DNA from: Azolla caroliniana
Lineage: Eukaryota > Plantae > Polypodiophyta
Length of the DNA stretch: 64,000 bases
Direction: 5' to 3'
Assembly (NCBI GenBank): GCA_043228905.1
Contig: JBHGNT010000013.1
Span: 13,392,001 to 13,456,000 of the forward strand
Shown: in pieces, positions 34,331 through 47,596 of the stretch
How positions within the stretch are numbered: position 1 is the stretch's first letter
Layout of the letters: each line of letters opens with the position of its first letter
The notes under the pieces: generated by a model
Told to the model about the DNA's origin: nothing
The model's input: only the letters and a program-made list of their open reading frames with translations
Databases searched by the model: none
Translations under genes and position numbers: made by a program

Positions 34331-37300
34331 TCTTTCAAATATTTTCTCGTACATTGCATGTCGTGACTCGTAGCCAAAAGGGCGGGGAAAGATAAGTGTG
34401 AGGGAGAAGTATTGGTTGGGATGCTACAAATTACAATGCGTTGTATCCCCGACATGATGTAAGAAATACATACAATGAATGATATTTGTGCTAAATATTT
34501 ATTACTCTTTGATATCTTGATATATCATTCTTCAATTTTGCCATATTTTTAACCCACGCTAAAATATCTTCAACTAATTAAAACAAACATACATTTCCAC
34601 ATTGAATATAAGGGGTTGTTTACTAATGGGGCAAGGTAATGCCCATTGCCTATACATTTCAATGCCTTTCCATGTCATATATCAAGGGGGTTTGAAAAAT
34701 GATTATGCATTCAAATAACGTCTAATTTTCACTAAGTATGAGCTCCACCTCGTTGCCCAAATAACTAATGTAGCCAATATGGTTATAATGCTTATAATGG
34801 ACAAAACAAAACCTTAAAGTTTGTTATGAAGATATTCCAATGTGTGGAGTGGGCATAGGCCTAAACATTGTGATGTTATGAACTAGTGAGCAAACAATGA
34901 GAGGACCACCCAGAGGCCTAGGTCAAGAAATAACATATGGTCATAACTATTGCAAGGTCCTCGAGTAATTGTTGTGCATGGCAACACAAATGTGCACATC
35001 AAATCAGCCATGATGAGAGTACAAGAGAATCGGTTGGTATATCCAACACAACTTTTGTATTTCTTATGATTTTATGATTTTATGTCAAAAAAAATGTGCA
35101 CACATGAGACTAACCAACCCAATTGGCATGAGTAACCATACTTCCATATAATTGCATTTCACTTACAACACTTTGTCCCCATGTTGCAAAATGACATGTA
35201 AGAAGTTTTGAAGTAAGAATTATTACTGCAGATGAAGATCTTCCCTAAGTGCGTGAAAAAAAGCATAAAATATAAATGAACAATGCATGAGTTAGCCTTA
35301 TGAGTTCATCAAACTTGGCCTTCAAAAGCAATAAAAGAATCTCTTTCTAAAGCATGAAGGGGAACCAATCAAACCTTAATCAAGAAGTTACATTTTATTC
35401 TCTCTCTCTCTCTCTAACTAAAATAAGGAGAATACATAAAATAACGATAAATATACAGTATGTGCAATAATTAGCCAATTGAAACAATAGAAAGCTTCAA
35501 ATATCTTGGGTTAGAGGTTCTCTCAAACTATAGATAGAATGAATGTGCTAACCACCACTTAGAAGCATGAAAGAGTTATCGAGTACATGGAAAGGCTTAT
35601 CGAGTACATGGTTAAGGTTTTCTTTTTAACCTCACTTCAACTTTCTAGGATCACATGGAAAGCAAGTACAAATATTTGACTTACACATAAAATCATTTTG
35701 GGTTCCAGATGGATGGAACATGGCATATTCTTCCTAATTCCAAAATTTTAACCATGAATGGCACATCCATTGATGCAAATCATCTCTCAATTATCCACCA
35801 CTTTATTCGATTATATGCTTCTACTTACCTTCATAATATATGGTATATCAAAAGCATCATGTAAATTGCCATCGCTACACCTAATCAACATGTATTCACT
35901 TTCCGCTTACACTATGCAACAATGCATGCCCATAATAACACACCTCCCCACTTTTTTAAAGTTATAACTAGAAGAATATATATATATATATATATATGAA
36001 TTAGTCCACCATTTGATTTGATTGGGTCAAAACACTCAAATAATTTATAGGTTCACGAAATTTGATGTGGATGCTAACATATCGCTCACATTAGCTAACT
36101 TGAATTTCAGACTATACCAAAGTTGTAGAAGTCAAAATGATAGAGAACAAGGAGGAAAACAAAGTAAAAGCTATGACAACAGAGTTTAAGTTCTGCTTCT
36201 CATTAAACTCTGTCATGTCAGTCGAATTAGCTAACTTACTTGTCAAACTATACCTAAGTTGTTGAAGTCAAAATGATAGAGAACAAAGGAATGAAGTGAC
36301 AACAAAGTTTAACTTTTGTCACTTTCCCTCTTTTACAACTAACTAGCGTGCAATGGCGTTAAGTGGTGGTGTTAGTTTCTAACAAAAAAATTAGGAAGGT
36401 CTAATATATTGTTCGAATATCCACACCACAATTTCGATTATTTCATGGCATGTGCCATGTAACATTCTCTCTGCTCGTCTACCTTGTAATAATTTTTATA
36501 TTCTATAACTTGCTAGATGAGTGTGAATCTAACTTAAACCATCGAATGTGAACTCAACTTAACATGAACCTTTAAAGCGTGCTTTTAATTTCTATGAACC
36601 AATTGAATATTTAGAATTTTGGGTACATAAAATCATATGCAATATATGCAAATGGAAATCAACACATCCACGTGTCCATTGTCAACGATGCCTGTGGTAA
36701 AGTGCGTGAAACCACATGTTTGGCCTAAACACAAGTGCTAGAGAGAAGAAAGATTAGAAAGAGATAAATTAATCAAGAAATGATTGCAATGCGCAAGTTA
36801 TAATTTCTTAGCCAAACTTGTCCTAACGAACCGTGACTACGAATAGAACAAAACATTGCTGAAATCTTTATATCGAGTATATATACATATCATATATCCA
36901 TACGGATACTGTTTTCTTGACATGACTTGAAGAACCTCATCTACCATATAAATTGTATTGACTTTATCCACACAATCAAAAAGCGAGGAAGGAAATCCTT
37001 TTGGTTTAAATACGATGTATTTATCAAGAAAAATCCTACTCGTCTTTTATAGTGCATCCAAATGCAATATGCTTTTTTCATGGAAACTATAGTCTATGTA
37101 CATATGTTTATTAGTATTTGCCTTTTTCTATTTATCTTCTTGTGTCTCCCTCATGGAATACATTTGTTCATCTATGACTATTTATATACATGGTCTCTTT
37201 CTCTTTCCACTCTCATTTTTATTTTCATAACAATACTTTACCATAGTGGTAAGTTGTTAGCCTACCATTTGTTCGTCTTTGACTATTTATATACAACCCT

Positions 37301-39699
37301 TTTTCTCTTTCCCCTCCCTTTTCTATTTTCATAAAATACTTTAACCTACCGGTAAAGTTGTTAGCCTACCAACTCTAAAGCAATGGTCCTTTTCCTCCTC
37401 TTAACTTTACTAGATGACTCTATGGAATGTTAGGGTTGACCGTTGAACAAATGACCTTCTCATCTTTACACCCTCTCCAACTCTAAGGTCGTGGATTCAA
37501 TGCCATCTCTTGTTTTCTAGGTGCCACTATGGAATGTAGGGATTGAACTCATGAGTCATGACTTTTTGCTCTCTCTGGTTCACTCTTTTCCTTCTTTAAT
37601 GTTCATGTGTAAGTTGCATGTTTCTTTTGATGACTACTTTTGTTATTGCTTAAACTCAAAATATGTGGAAGTTCAAGTCACATTGAAGTACAATTTTGCC
37701 GCACATTCAATTACTTTTATTGTCCTTTAATTCATTAGCAAATGGCACTGTTTAAACATACACCAATAGAATTATTTATCTCCATTCAATTTTATGGGGG
37801 TATTTGATTGCTCAAGTATCTTCATTTCCTAACTTGTGACGGTTTATAAGAAGCGAACTTCTTCTCATCAAACCTCAAACACCATGTGGGTCATCACATA
37901 TGATAAATGGCTCAAGTAAGAGCTTATGTATGCATCTAGAACCTTGGAATCTTTGTAAAAGAAAGACTCAAATAAGTAAAACACTTCTTGTTGATTTCAA
38001 GGGGAGAATTCAACATCATTTAGCATGTACAAATATACACGAGTTGGCAGAATATTACAATACCAAAATATTAATCAAATCTAAGAGAAAAACGCAAGAT
38101 AGAAACAAAGTGTTTTGACAAATTAAGTTCGACATTTGGAATCCGAAACTAACGAATCTATGACATGATGATGAATCCATGGTACAACTTGGAAGCATAA
38201 ATCAACGAAATCTAACAAAAGCGTTAAGTAGGGAACAAGTTAAAAGTTTTAAGAGTGTGTTGGAGAGTAAAGAGCATATGATACAAAGTTGAATATATGG
38301 TATAAGTTGGAATTCAAGATCAAGTTCAATGAACTACATGAAAATAGTTACATGTAGCAAGAACATATACTCATGGTGAGTTATTTATGGAAAACTTAAT
38401 ATACACACACATGCAGGATATGTAACTATGTGATTGGATAAGTCACATTTGGAAAAAGATGATGATTGCTCGTGAAACAAGGAAGGTTTTATAAAGTATC
38501 AAATTGACGATACCAATTGCATAATTAGCAATGCCTAGCTAGAGAGATGATGCTAGGCTTTGGAAAGATGGTGTAAAGGTAAAGAGGCTTTTAGTTGTCG
38601 ATTAATAAACATTATCATCGCATGCACATGATAGGTTTCTAAAGAATATTTCATCTTGTCATTGAAATGGCAACCTGCGGACACAATACACCACATAGTG
38701 CAATTGTGAGCAATGTGTTGTTAGGAAGTGTACAAATATGATGGGAACGTGGCATAATGAGTAATATCGAGTGTCTAATTGTTTATTATATTCTCGACAT
38801 GTACATGTTTATTTATTGCATATTTCCATTGTCCGATTAATGTCGACATGAATCTCTTTGTGTGGTTATGGCGTGATACATTAGAAAAGTATTACATTTT
38901 ATAAGAGTGCCATCATATTGAAAAAGGAAGAAGATGTTCGTGTAAATATAACCATGTAGGTTGGTGGACCTGCAATAGTGCATGAATATGTATGAATAAG
39001 GCGATTAGCATAAACATGCAAAATATTCGATCGAATTGAAAACGGAATCATAAATCAAATCCTATAAAACAATTAGTGCATTGCATACGATTTTTAATCG
39101 AGCCGACCATATACGAGCATGAAAATGTGCAAAATAAGTCTTGAACAAACAAAGTAGTGGTTGTTATGGGATACACATATGATCAATTTTAGGGAATAGA
39201 GACTACAAAATCGAGTCAAAACATGCTTGCTCCCTTGCCCCGTTCTTATAATATAGACAAAGTTGTTCTAGACTTGAGCATTGATCTAGGGTGGGGTCAT
39301 GATCAAACTTAGGGGAAAATCGAGTCAAAACATGCTTGCCCTCTTATCATGTAGGCAAAGGCCGTCTAGACTCGAGCACATTGATCTACGGTGGGGTAAA
39401 AGAAAAGAAGAAGAAGGGTAGAGAGGATCCGAAAAGGCGATGCTCGGATTCAATCGAGTTATGAATTCGAACCAGTGACAAGTAGTTGAGCCACCCATGG
39501 TCTTGTGATGGCAAACATACACGTGGAGAGTCATTTCACACTGGAGTGGGCTTCGTTCCTAGGAAGACAGACAAGGCAGCCATCGTTAGAATGGCAAGGC
39601 AAGGCATGGGACCGTAATCGATCAATCGATCGGTCGGTGCGAGATGTGAAGATGAAAGAGGGATGGACAAAAATGCGGCGGGCGGGCGCGTGGTTCATG

Positions 39700-40233
39700 G
39701 AGTCTCTCTCTCTCTCTCTCTCTCTTGTCTTCTCTTGTCTCAGTGACTCTATCTATGTAAGTAAAAATGGTGGCATGGGGGGCTAAATTTGGAGAGAAAA
39801 AAGAGCAGAGAGAGAGAGAGAGGCAATATTGATTCTCTCTTTTTCTTCTTTTCTCTCTCTTCTTTCTCTCCCTCTCTCTCTCTCTATCTCTTCCCTTCCT
39901 TTTTTGTGTCCACAAATCTTTTGATTCTTTATTTTCTCTCTCTCTCTCTCTCTCTCTTCATCTTCTTCCTTTTTTGTGGAGATTCTCTCTCTTTCTCTCT
40001 CTCTCAATTGCCTGTTTTGTCTCTCTACCATACAAAAGTCTCCCCTGTTTCTTTTAATTTCCTCTGTTTCTTTTCTTTTTGTGTGCTGTGTGTGGTTTCT
40101 TTCTCTCCCATGAGATTATAATATAAAGCAGAGGAGGAAGAAGGAAGAAGAAGAAACACAAAAAGAACAGAACAGAACAGAGACATCACTATCCCAAAAC
40201 CTTTGGATCCGTATATATCTGTAAGTAAATTTG

Positions 40234-40269
<36 letters not shown>

Positions 40270-40480
40270 ATTTCCATGTCTTTTTCTGGTTTTTTGTTTT
40301 GTTATGATAAAGGCCGCATAACACTGTTGATGTCTTTTGTTCTGTAGATGCCCTCTCTCTCTCTCTCTCTCTTCCATTCCTTTTTTCCTTTTCTTTTTTT
40401 CTTCGTGATGTGATTGATGTTTACCCTAATCATCAACAAACCGCCTTTCCTCTCTCTTTCTCTCTCTCTCCCCCCCCCCC
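39700..40480. promoter_or_regulatory. GA/CT-repeat-rich promoter region of the GGP gene
   Basis: Many (CT)n/(GA)n tracts, with TATA-like motifs at ~40117 and just downstream at ~40521; the functional role is inferred. Confidence 0.45.
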
Positions 40481-41568
40481 CCCCCCCCTTATTATATCCC
40501 TCTCTTACACAGGCCCTCTGTATAAATCATTCTTCTTCCTCTTCAACACACTTTAACAATATCTTGCCAAAGACTTCTAGCTTTCTCTTGGACTCCCCCC
40601 CCAGATAGATAGATCTTGTTTGTATATTTCTCGTACAAGTCTCCTGGCATTGCTCCTTTTGTCTCCACACGCTAGGTAAGTCCTTTCGGGTTTGATTATC
40701 ATTCTGTGTTTTCGTTTGTCTGATGTACTTGCATATATTTTGATGCTTCCGCGATTAACAAACTTTTACTTGAATTGATTTCTTCGTTAATCAGGGCCAA
40801 TTTCATTTTTTTGATTCACTTATGAATTGATTTCTTCATTAATCAGGGACAGTTTCATCTTTTTATTCACTTATGAATTGATTTCTTCATTAATCGGGAC
40901 AGTTTCATTTTTTTATTCATTTATTATTGGAATTTCTGTCTAATTTATGCACATACATGTATTATGCTATAACCAATTCGGGTGTTTTTAAAGGTTCATC
41001 GTTTCCTACTCTAGGGTTTGATGTCTGATGCATGCATATTTTTTTAAGTGTTCCATAACTAAAGGATTGACTTACATGCCTTTCAAAATTTATTTTCCTT
41101 CATCATGCAAACGTTAATCCATAGTCTTCTTTATGTGCTCTGTAAAACTGTGGTCTTTTCTTAATAGTGATGGTCTTACCAGAGATGATTTGTGAATTGG
41201 TTTCGTTAACTAAATATGCATGCAATAAGCTAATATCCCTATCTATTGTTAATGGTCCCATAACCCATATACTGAAGGTCAAGTGTTAATTGCTTGTCCG
41301 TACACGTGCGAAAGACCTTAATACCTAATCCATCATGATGGAAATGCAGCACTTTTGAATTTGGTTTGTTTTTCCTTTGGACATGCAATAACTTATCATC
41401 GATTGGACACTTTGAATGTACTAATTGAGGCATTGCATGTGGGATGCAGGAATTTTTTTTTTGCTGAAGTTTCGGAGGGTGGTTCGAGTGCATTCCTGAG
41501 AGATTCATCACCAGTTTGGAAGTTGCGGACGTGGGGGATCAACTGGAGGATAGTCAAAGTGGGGCATC

Positions 41569-42298
41569 ACGGCTTTGAAAATTAAGCCCCTCGCAGATCT
41601 TCGACAGTGTACATATGCGAGGAAGATCCACGACGCTTTCTTGCTTGTGAGCCATCCTTCAATACACGGAGGCCGGGGCGCCACCCCTGCTGAGGGCGGG
41701 CAACCTTCAGATCTCCAATACTTAGCAGGGGGAGGTTCCTTCCCTTCCTTTTCAACTTTCCGTTTCTTCCCTCTCGAGGAGAAACCGAAAGTTGTTACTG
41801 CCACCCCTGAAAAGGTTGAGAAACATGCTTACCATCAAGAGGATTCCGACACTTCTCTCCATCTATCAGGATGGTGGGGTGGAACGCCCCGGCTGTGGAA
41901 GAAACTGTCTGGGTTCTTGTTGTATTCCTGGCAAGTTAAAAACTCTTCAATTTACTTGTTGTACGCCTTTGTTTCTTATTATGGTAGATAACTTGCTGTA
42001 TGTTTGTGCTCTATAATTATATATTTTCTAACATAGCATAACATAACATAGGCTACTAGCATTGAACTTTAGTTTCATATGTGTTATGCATAGTTTATAT
42101 GAGATAATTATACATATCCCATGACATGATATTTTGGTTTATTTATATATGGTACAAATTTATTACAAAGGGAAACCTTGTACGGGGATAATCTTTATGT
42201 CATGCTGTTTTAATGTTGATATACGATAGAGATCGATATGAAGGGGAAACATAGGCAGTTGCAAATCTGAATATCGTAAATAATCTTGCAGGAGCTAA
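41569..42298 (+). promoter_or_regulatory. Conserved non-AUG (ACG) uORF of GGP, here overlapping the main CDS
   Basis: ATCACGGCT start context at 41566-41574; in-frame HGGRGATPAEGGQPSDLQYLAGGG matches the known GGP uORF core; first stop on the spliced transcript is TAA 42296-42298. Confidence 0.85.
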
Positions 42299-44334
42299 GC
42301 TACCTGTATATACTTTCTCTGGAAGCAAAACAAAAGGTCATTGCCATGATATGCTCGATTCTTCAGATAGTGACTCTGAAAACTGTGATGCTCAGTTCCT
42401 CGATTCTCTTATCCTTGGACAGGTTCTTAATAATAAAATCATGTATTCTGGATAGAATTTTTCTTTACACTGATGTGACGAAAACATAACCTTTGTAACT
42501 GTGCTTTTTCAGTGGGAGGAACGATCAGCCCGTGGGCTCTTCCGCTATGATGTGACAGCTTGCGAGACCAAGGTGTGTATATGCATTAAAAAGATTGAAT
42601 GGATTGGGTTTGTGAATTTTTTTTTGAAGTGGAATGCCACTTTTGCTGTGTGAAAGGTTCTTCCTGGGGAATTTGGATTTGTTGCACAACTGAATGAGGG
42701 GAGGCATTCGAAGAAACGCCCTACAGAGTTTCGCGTTGACCAAGTTCTTCAAGCTTATGATCCCAAAAAGTTCAACTTCTCTAAAGTAGGTCAAGAGGAG
42801 GTCTTATTTTGCTTTGAGGAGAGCAAGGATGAGCATTATGGTTATTGTGATGAGATGGTGGTTGGCAAAAGTCCGAATATTGTTGCAATAAACGTGAGGA
42901 AGAATCTCTACGTTGGCTCTAGTGGGGTAATCAATCAAGATGGCATCATTTCTTGTATTAAATTTTTTATTCATTTTCAGGTAAGTCCAATTGAATATGG
43001 TCATGTTCTACTTGTGCCGAAACTACATGACTGCAAGCCACAACAAATTGATGAAGAAAGTTTCCGCCTTGCCTTGCACTTTGCTGCTGAAGCCAATAAT
43101 ACAAGTTTTCGTGTGGGTTTTAACAGTCTCGGAGCATATGCGACTATCAATCATCTTCACTTTCAGGTAATTCTTTTGGTCTTTCAAAGTCACAGAAGAT
43201 TTCTATTCATAGTCCCACAAAGTGATAACTTACGTGACACAATTTAAAATGTATCAAAATCTGAATGTTGTATTTTTTCTAATTTGAAATATTTCAATCC
43301 ATGGTCAATGAAAGTGCTATAATTCCATTACACACCCACATGCACTAAGATTTAGATATGACATGTTCTCTGACATGGATAATTCCAATTTATGGTTTGT
43401 GAAGTGGTAACACCATCACATGCACAAGTGCCAAGGTCATGAATATGAAATTCACGTCAATTGTTCATAGAGTGAGCTCAAATGTACCAAAAGATTGATA
43501 TATTATATGTGCTACTATTCGTGTTTCTTCAGGCTTATTACCTTGTGGCTCCATTTCCTGTGGAGAGAGCTGAGGTGAAGAGGATTGGAAGTCTGAAGAA
43601 GAATAAGTCATGTGTGAAAGTATTTGAATTGGCCAATTATGCGGTAAATGGATTGGTATACGAGTGCACCGGAAGCTTGAATGATTTGGCCAATTGTGTG
43701 GCTAGGGCTTGTATGGTTCTCCAAGAACGCAATATTCCATTCAATGTCCTCATTGCAGATTGTGGGCTTCGAGTCTTTCTTTTCCCACAGGTAAATATTT
43801 TTTCCTTTTTTATTATAATGAAAATGCTAAACAAAACTAAAACTTGGCACCCAATATTGGCTTCAAATAAATGAAGACCTTACCGTTGTTTTTGGCATAA
43901 AATAATGAATACTATTTTGCTTGAATAAAATGCTCTAACCAAATTTGTTTTTCGTGTGCCAGTGTTTTGCTGAAAAGCAAGCCTTAGGCCAAGTAGATCA
44001 AAGCATTCTGGATACACAAGTGAATCCAGCCGTATGGGAGATAAGTGGGCATATCGTTCTGAAACGAAGGGAGGATTACGAGGCTGCAACTGAAGAATAT
44101 GCATGGAAACTACTCGCTGAAGTCTCTCTCTCGGAAGAGAGATTTAACGAAGTTAAACACTTTTGCCTTGAGGCTTCATGGAAAGAAGACGAACATACCT
44201 TGAATGATCAAATGTTCTCTTTCATCCCATTGAATAATAATGAAGGACTGAAGCTTCCAGAACAGAGCATCAGTGGGAAGAAAAGTAAGGCGAAAAACTT
44301 CACATCCATGTCCTTGCAAGAAACCGTCGTGTAG
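41825..44334 (+). CDS. VTC2: GDP-L-galactose phosphorylase (ascorbate biosynthesis)
   Basis: Exons 41825-41930 (GC donor), 42292-42422, 42513-42572, 42657-42893, 42981-43166, 43533-43790, 43963-44334. Motifs MLTIKRIPT, GCGRNCLGSCC, GLFRYDVTACETK, AQLNEGRHSKKRPTEF, INVSPIEYGHVLL, HIT-like ATINHLHFQAYY, QVNPAVWEISGH. Confidence 0.96.
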
Positions 44335-47248
44335 ACCATGTAAAAAGCCATTTTGTGTCATTGCATTTCATAAGGACGCCGTTATATGGTGATTTGATTT
44401 GATATGAAAAGACTATGGTAGAGAATAAAGGCAATGTTGGCAACACAGCTATTAGACAACGTGTAGAATGAGCCATGGTTTCTATTTTTAATTAACTGTA
44501 AGAGTTTGGTGGAAATGATATTGGCTCAGTGTATCATTGGTCAGTTGCCGCATTGCCTGCAATGATAAAGTAAGATATGCACAATCTGAGAAGACATTTA
44601 CCTGACATGAAGTAAATATCTACTACTTGCTTCATCTTGGGGTGACTTTCCTGTAGTTTTATTTCATATTATTGTGTTTAATGTCGAAAGTCCTATGAAC
44701 TTTATTTCTTCCATGCTAATTCATGGATTCTCTATATGTTTCGTACTTGAGGTAATAATCTGTTCTTTGAGAAGTTTTGCGACTGAGAAACTTTGGCATT
44801 GAATTCTTGGAGAGCAAGCAGAAACAAATGAATGTTGCGAAAATGATCGCGGTCCTTTTTGTGTATGCATATGTTCTGCTATTATCAGAAGGGTGTTGAT
44901 TTTTTGGTTGAAATTACTAGCTTTTGTGCTAATGACAAAGAAAAACATTGGATTCAATATTGTTGCAGTGGAAAATTTATTTCTAGCCAAAATGCGAAAT
45001 TTTGCATTATTGTTATTTTAATTGCATTGTCGATTGATTTAATAAAATGATTTAAGAAGGCTCAAATAGTTGGAATTGTTGAAAAGCCTTGAAAAAGGCA
45101 TCAAAGATGATGACAAATTGGTATGTAATAAAAGAAAATGGTATCAAAAGATATCCTATGCACACTAAATCTAATTGATGTGATTTCTACAAGCCATTAC
45201 CTCAAGGGTCGCAACATTACACTTAATAAAAGTAAATGGAAATTCGCAGATTGAAGAGATTCACTGCATCCTTGACAAGCAACTTGCATGAAGTATCCTA
45301 CGATAGTAATATATATTAGCAACTAATAATACAACATATACATGGAACCATACACCACCAACATCAGTCACTTCCATGTAAAATCATAGATCATGATAAT
45401 TAAGATCTTCCAATTTATTCCATCCAAGATTCCAAAACCTAGAGGTTTCATTTTGGAACAATCATGGTGGAAGGCTAACGATGATGGGTTAGCCCTTTTG
45501 AGTGACTGTATTCTATCAATACGTATCTTTACATTGATTTGGTGGGGAAAGGGAAAGCTCGGGTTAAGAACAATAGGGGCTACCATTGCAACATACATTG
45601 AATTGTAGTAAAGTTGGAAGTACGGAAGAAAGAACTAAAGTTTGGGCTATAAATATCACACGATACATAGAATTTGGTCCAAGAGTTCAAACTAGCTAGA
45701 CAAAAAACTTTTTGATGCATACCTCTTATATAAATCCCATTTTAACATTATTTCTCAAAAAGTGACCATAACATGCCAACGCCCAAAATGGATTTGTGTT
45801 TTCTTATTACAAATGTAAAATGGTGTACACAAAAATCAAACACAAGCATTCAGAATTACAATCAATTCACATTTCTATTGTCCAAAATATTTAGGAATAT
45901 TTTATTTTTTCATGATGAATATAGATGGTTGATACAAAATTGAGGATGGAAGTATTGAGCTTTGTATATTGGTGGAAACATTAACATGTAATTTTAAGGA
46001 CAAAAGTAGATATGATTTTGTTGTAGTCGTTCATATGAAGAGCAAAGACAACACATTATATCTTTACAAATATCTTTAACCATGTGCAATCTAGGGAACA
46101 TAACGCATCTCTTAAAAATTTGCAAAAGCGAAGAAATCTCATGTAGATGATAGAGAATTGCAAGGGACACAACATGACTATTTTCAAGGTGGGGGGAGTG
46201 TACATTGAAAAGTCATGAACTTCTAATAATGAAAACAATTTAGAGAAAATCAAAGAATGCACTGATGATATTATGTTTTGGGATGGAAAAAACAAACCAA
46301 GCAAGCAAACCATTATGTTAAGCGAGATCTATATCTAGAGTTCATGTCATCTGAGAGTCGTGGGGTCATAGAATGAAGATATTATCTTGGTCTAGTCTGT
46401 ATATCCTACTGAATTTGTGACTTTTGAGTTCTTTCTTGAAAATTGTGTATTTTCCTTGCGAGAAAATTTTGGATTAATAAAATTGTCAAATTTGAATCCA
46501 AGGTATATGGGTTAATAAACAAGAGTGGCATTAGTGGCTTTAATGCTACAATTCAAAGGCATCAAGCACATGGAGAGGCCACTTCATAATTTGGAAGGAT
46601 TGGCATGGTTCTTAATCTATTTCTATTTTTTGAAGATTCTCTATGTAGCATTTGAAATTGTGTTATTTAACATGTATCCATGGATATTATTGAATCACAA
46701 TATTAATGGTGATGTTTGTTTTGTGTGGCCAAGTGTTGTTTGTCTACTTCGAATAATACATAAGAATATGTGCAAATGAAAATCTAGACATAAATACCAA
46801 AATTCACAATTATACTTGTGGTGAAAGTAGTAAATGAGAACTTCATTCATATTCTAGATATATGTATGAGTAAGAAACATAACCCAATAAATATTAGGAT
46901 GTGAATGTCAAAATGTGATGAGAGTATCAAGAAAGCATGAGGACCAAATTAGGAAGGGGGATTGTTATCAACACTAATAGAAAACTAAAATTGTATGTCA
47001 TTTCAAAAATTGCCCATCTTAACCGTGTGACATTACCAACTTCCAAATGTACCATGCTTAGTGGTGGTAGTGGGATATGGATAACCAACATGAGAGAATG
47101 TTTACCTATAACATTAGACCTTAGAAATATTGACGAACAAATTGGATGGGTCATAGTTTCTGAATGAGGTTTATTATATATCTTGTCTATATAAAGGTGT
47201 GTTGGAGGATTTTGAAGTGGAGGAGAAATCTCAAGGTTAAAGCTCGAG

Positions 47249-47596
47249 ATGAAGAAGAACTACAAAAAAGAGGCACTTATTATGGGCTTGATGATAACCT
47301 TGATGATGGTCATGTGGGCAAGGGGACAAAGTGACACGAAAGCACCCACGATGCCATCATGCAATATTATTTCGACAGTGAGGCAACTTACCTCATGTGT
47401 ACGTTATGTGTCTCTGACGAAACCATCTGAAGATTGTTGTAATGCAATGCAAGGTATGGAACTAGCATGTGTTTGTATGTTCCTTAACATGCCCCCGATC
47501 AATTATTTCGATCATAGTAAGGTGCTTGCTATCCCCAAAGCTTGCAATCTAGCTAACACGACTTGCCCTACCAATGAAAGTTGGGGCACTCGCTAA
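47249..47596 (+). CDS. Non-specific lipid transfer protein (8-cysteine motif)
   Basis: Signal peptide, C..C..PSEDCC..CVC..C..C pattern, TATATAAA at ~47188. Confidence 0.88.
   Translation: MKKNYKKEALIMGLMITLMMVMWARGQSDTKAPTMPSCNIISTVRQLTSCVRYVSLTKPSEDCCNAMQGMELACVCMFLNMPPINYFDHSKVLAIPKACNLANTTCPTNESWGTR

Noticed and set aside
39505-40608. ER-rich and SL-rich ORFs
   Set aside because: Translations of (GA)n/(CT)n microsatellites
41575-41991. 138-aa ORF as an independent gene
   Set aside because: It is the GGP uORF frame read into intron 1; the likely start is the ACG at 41569
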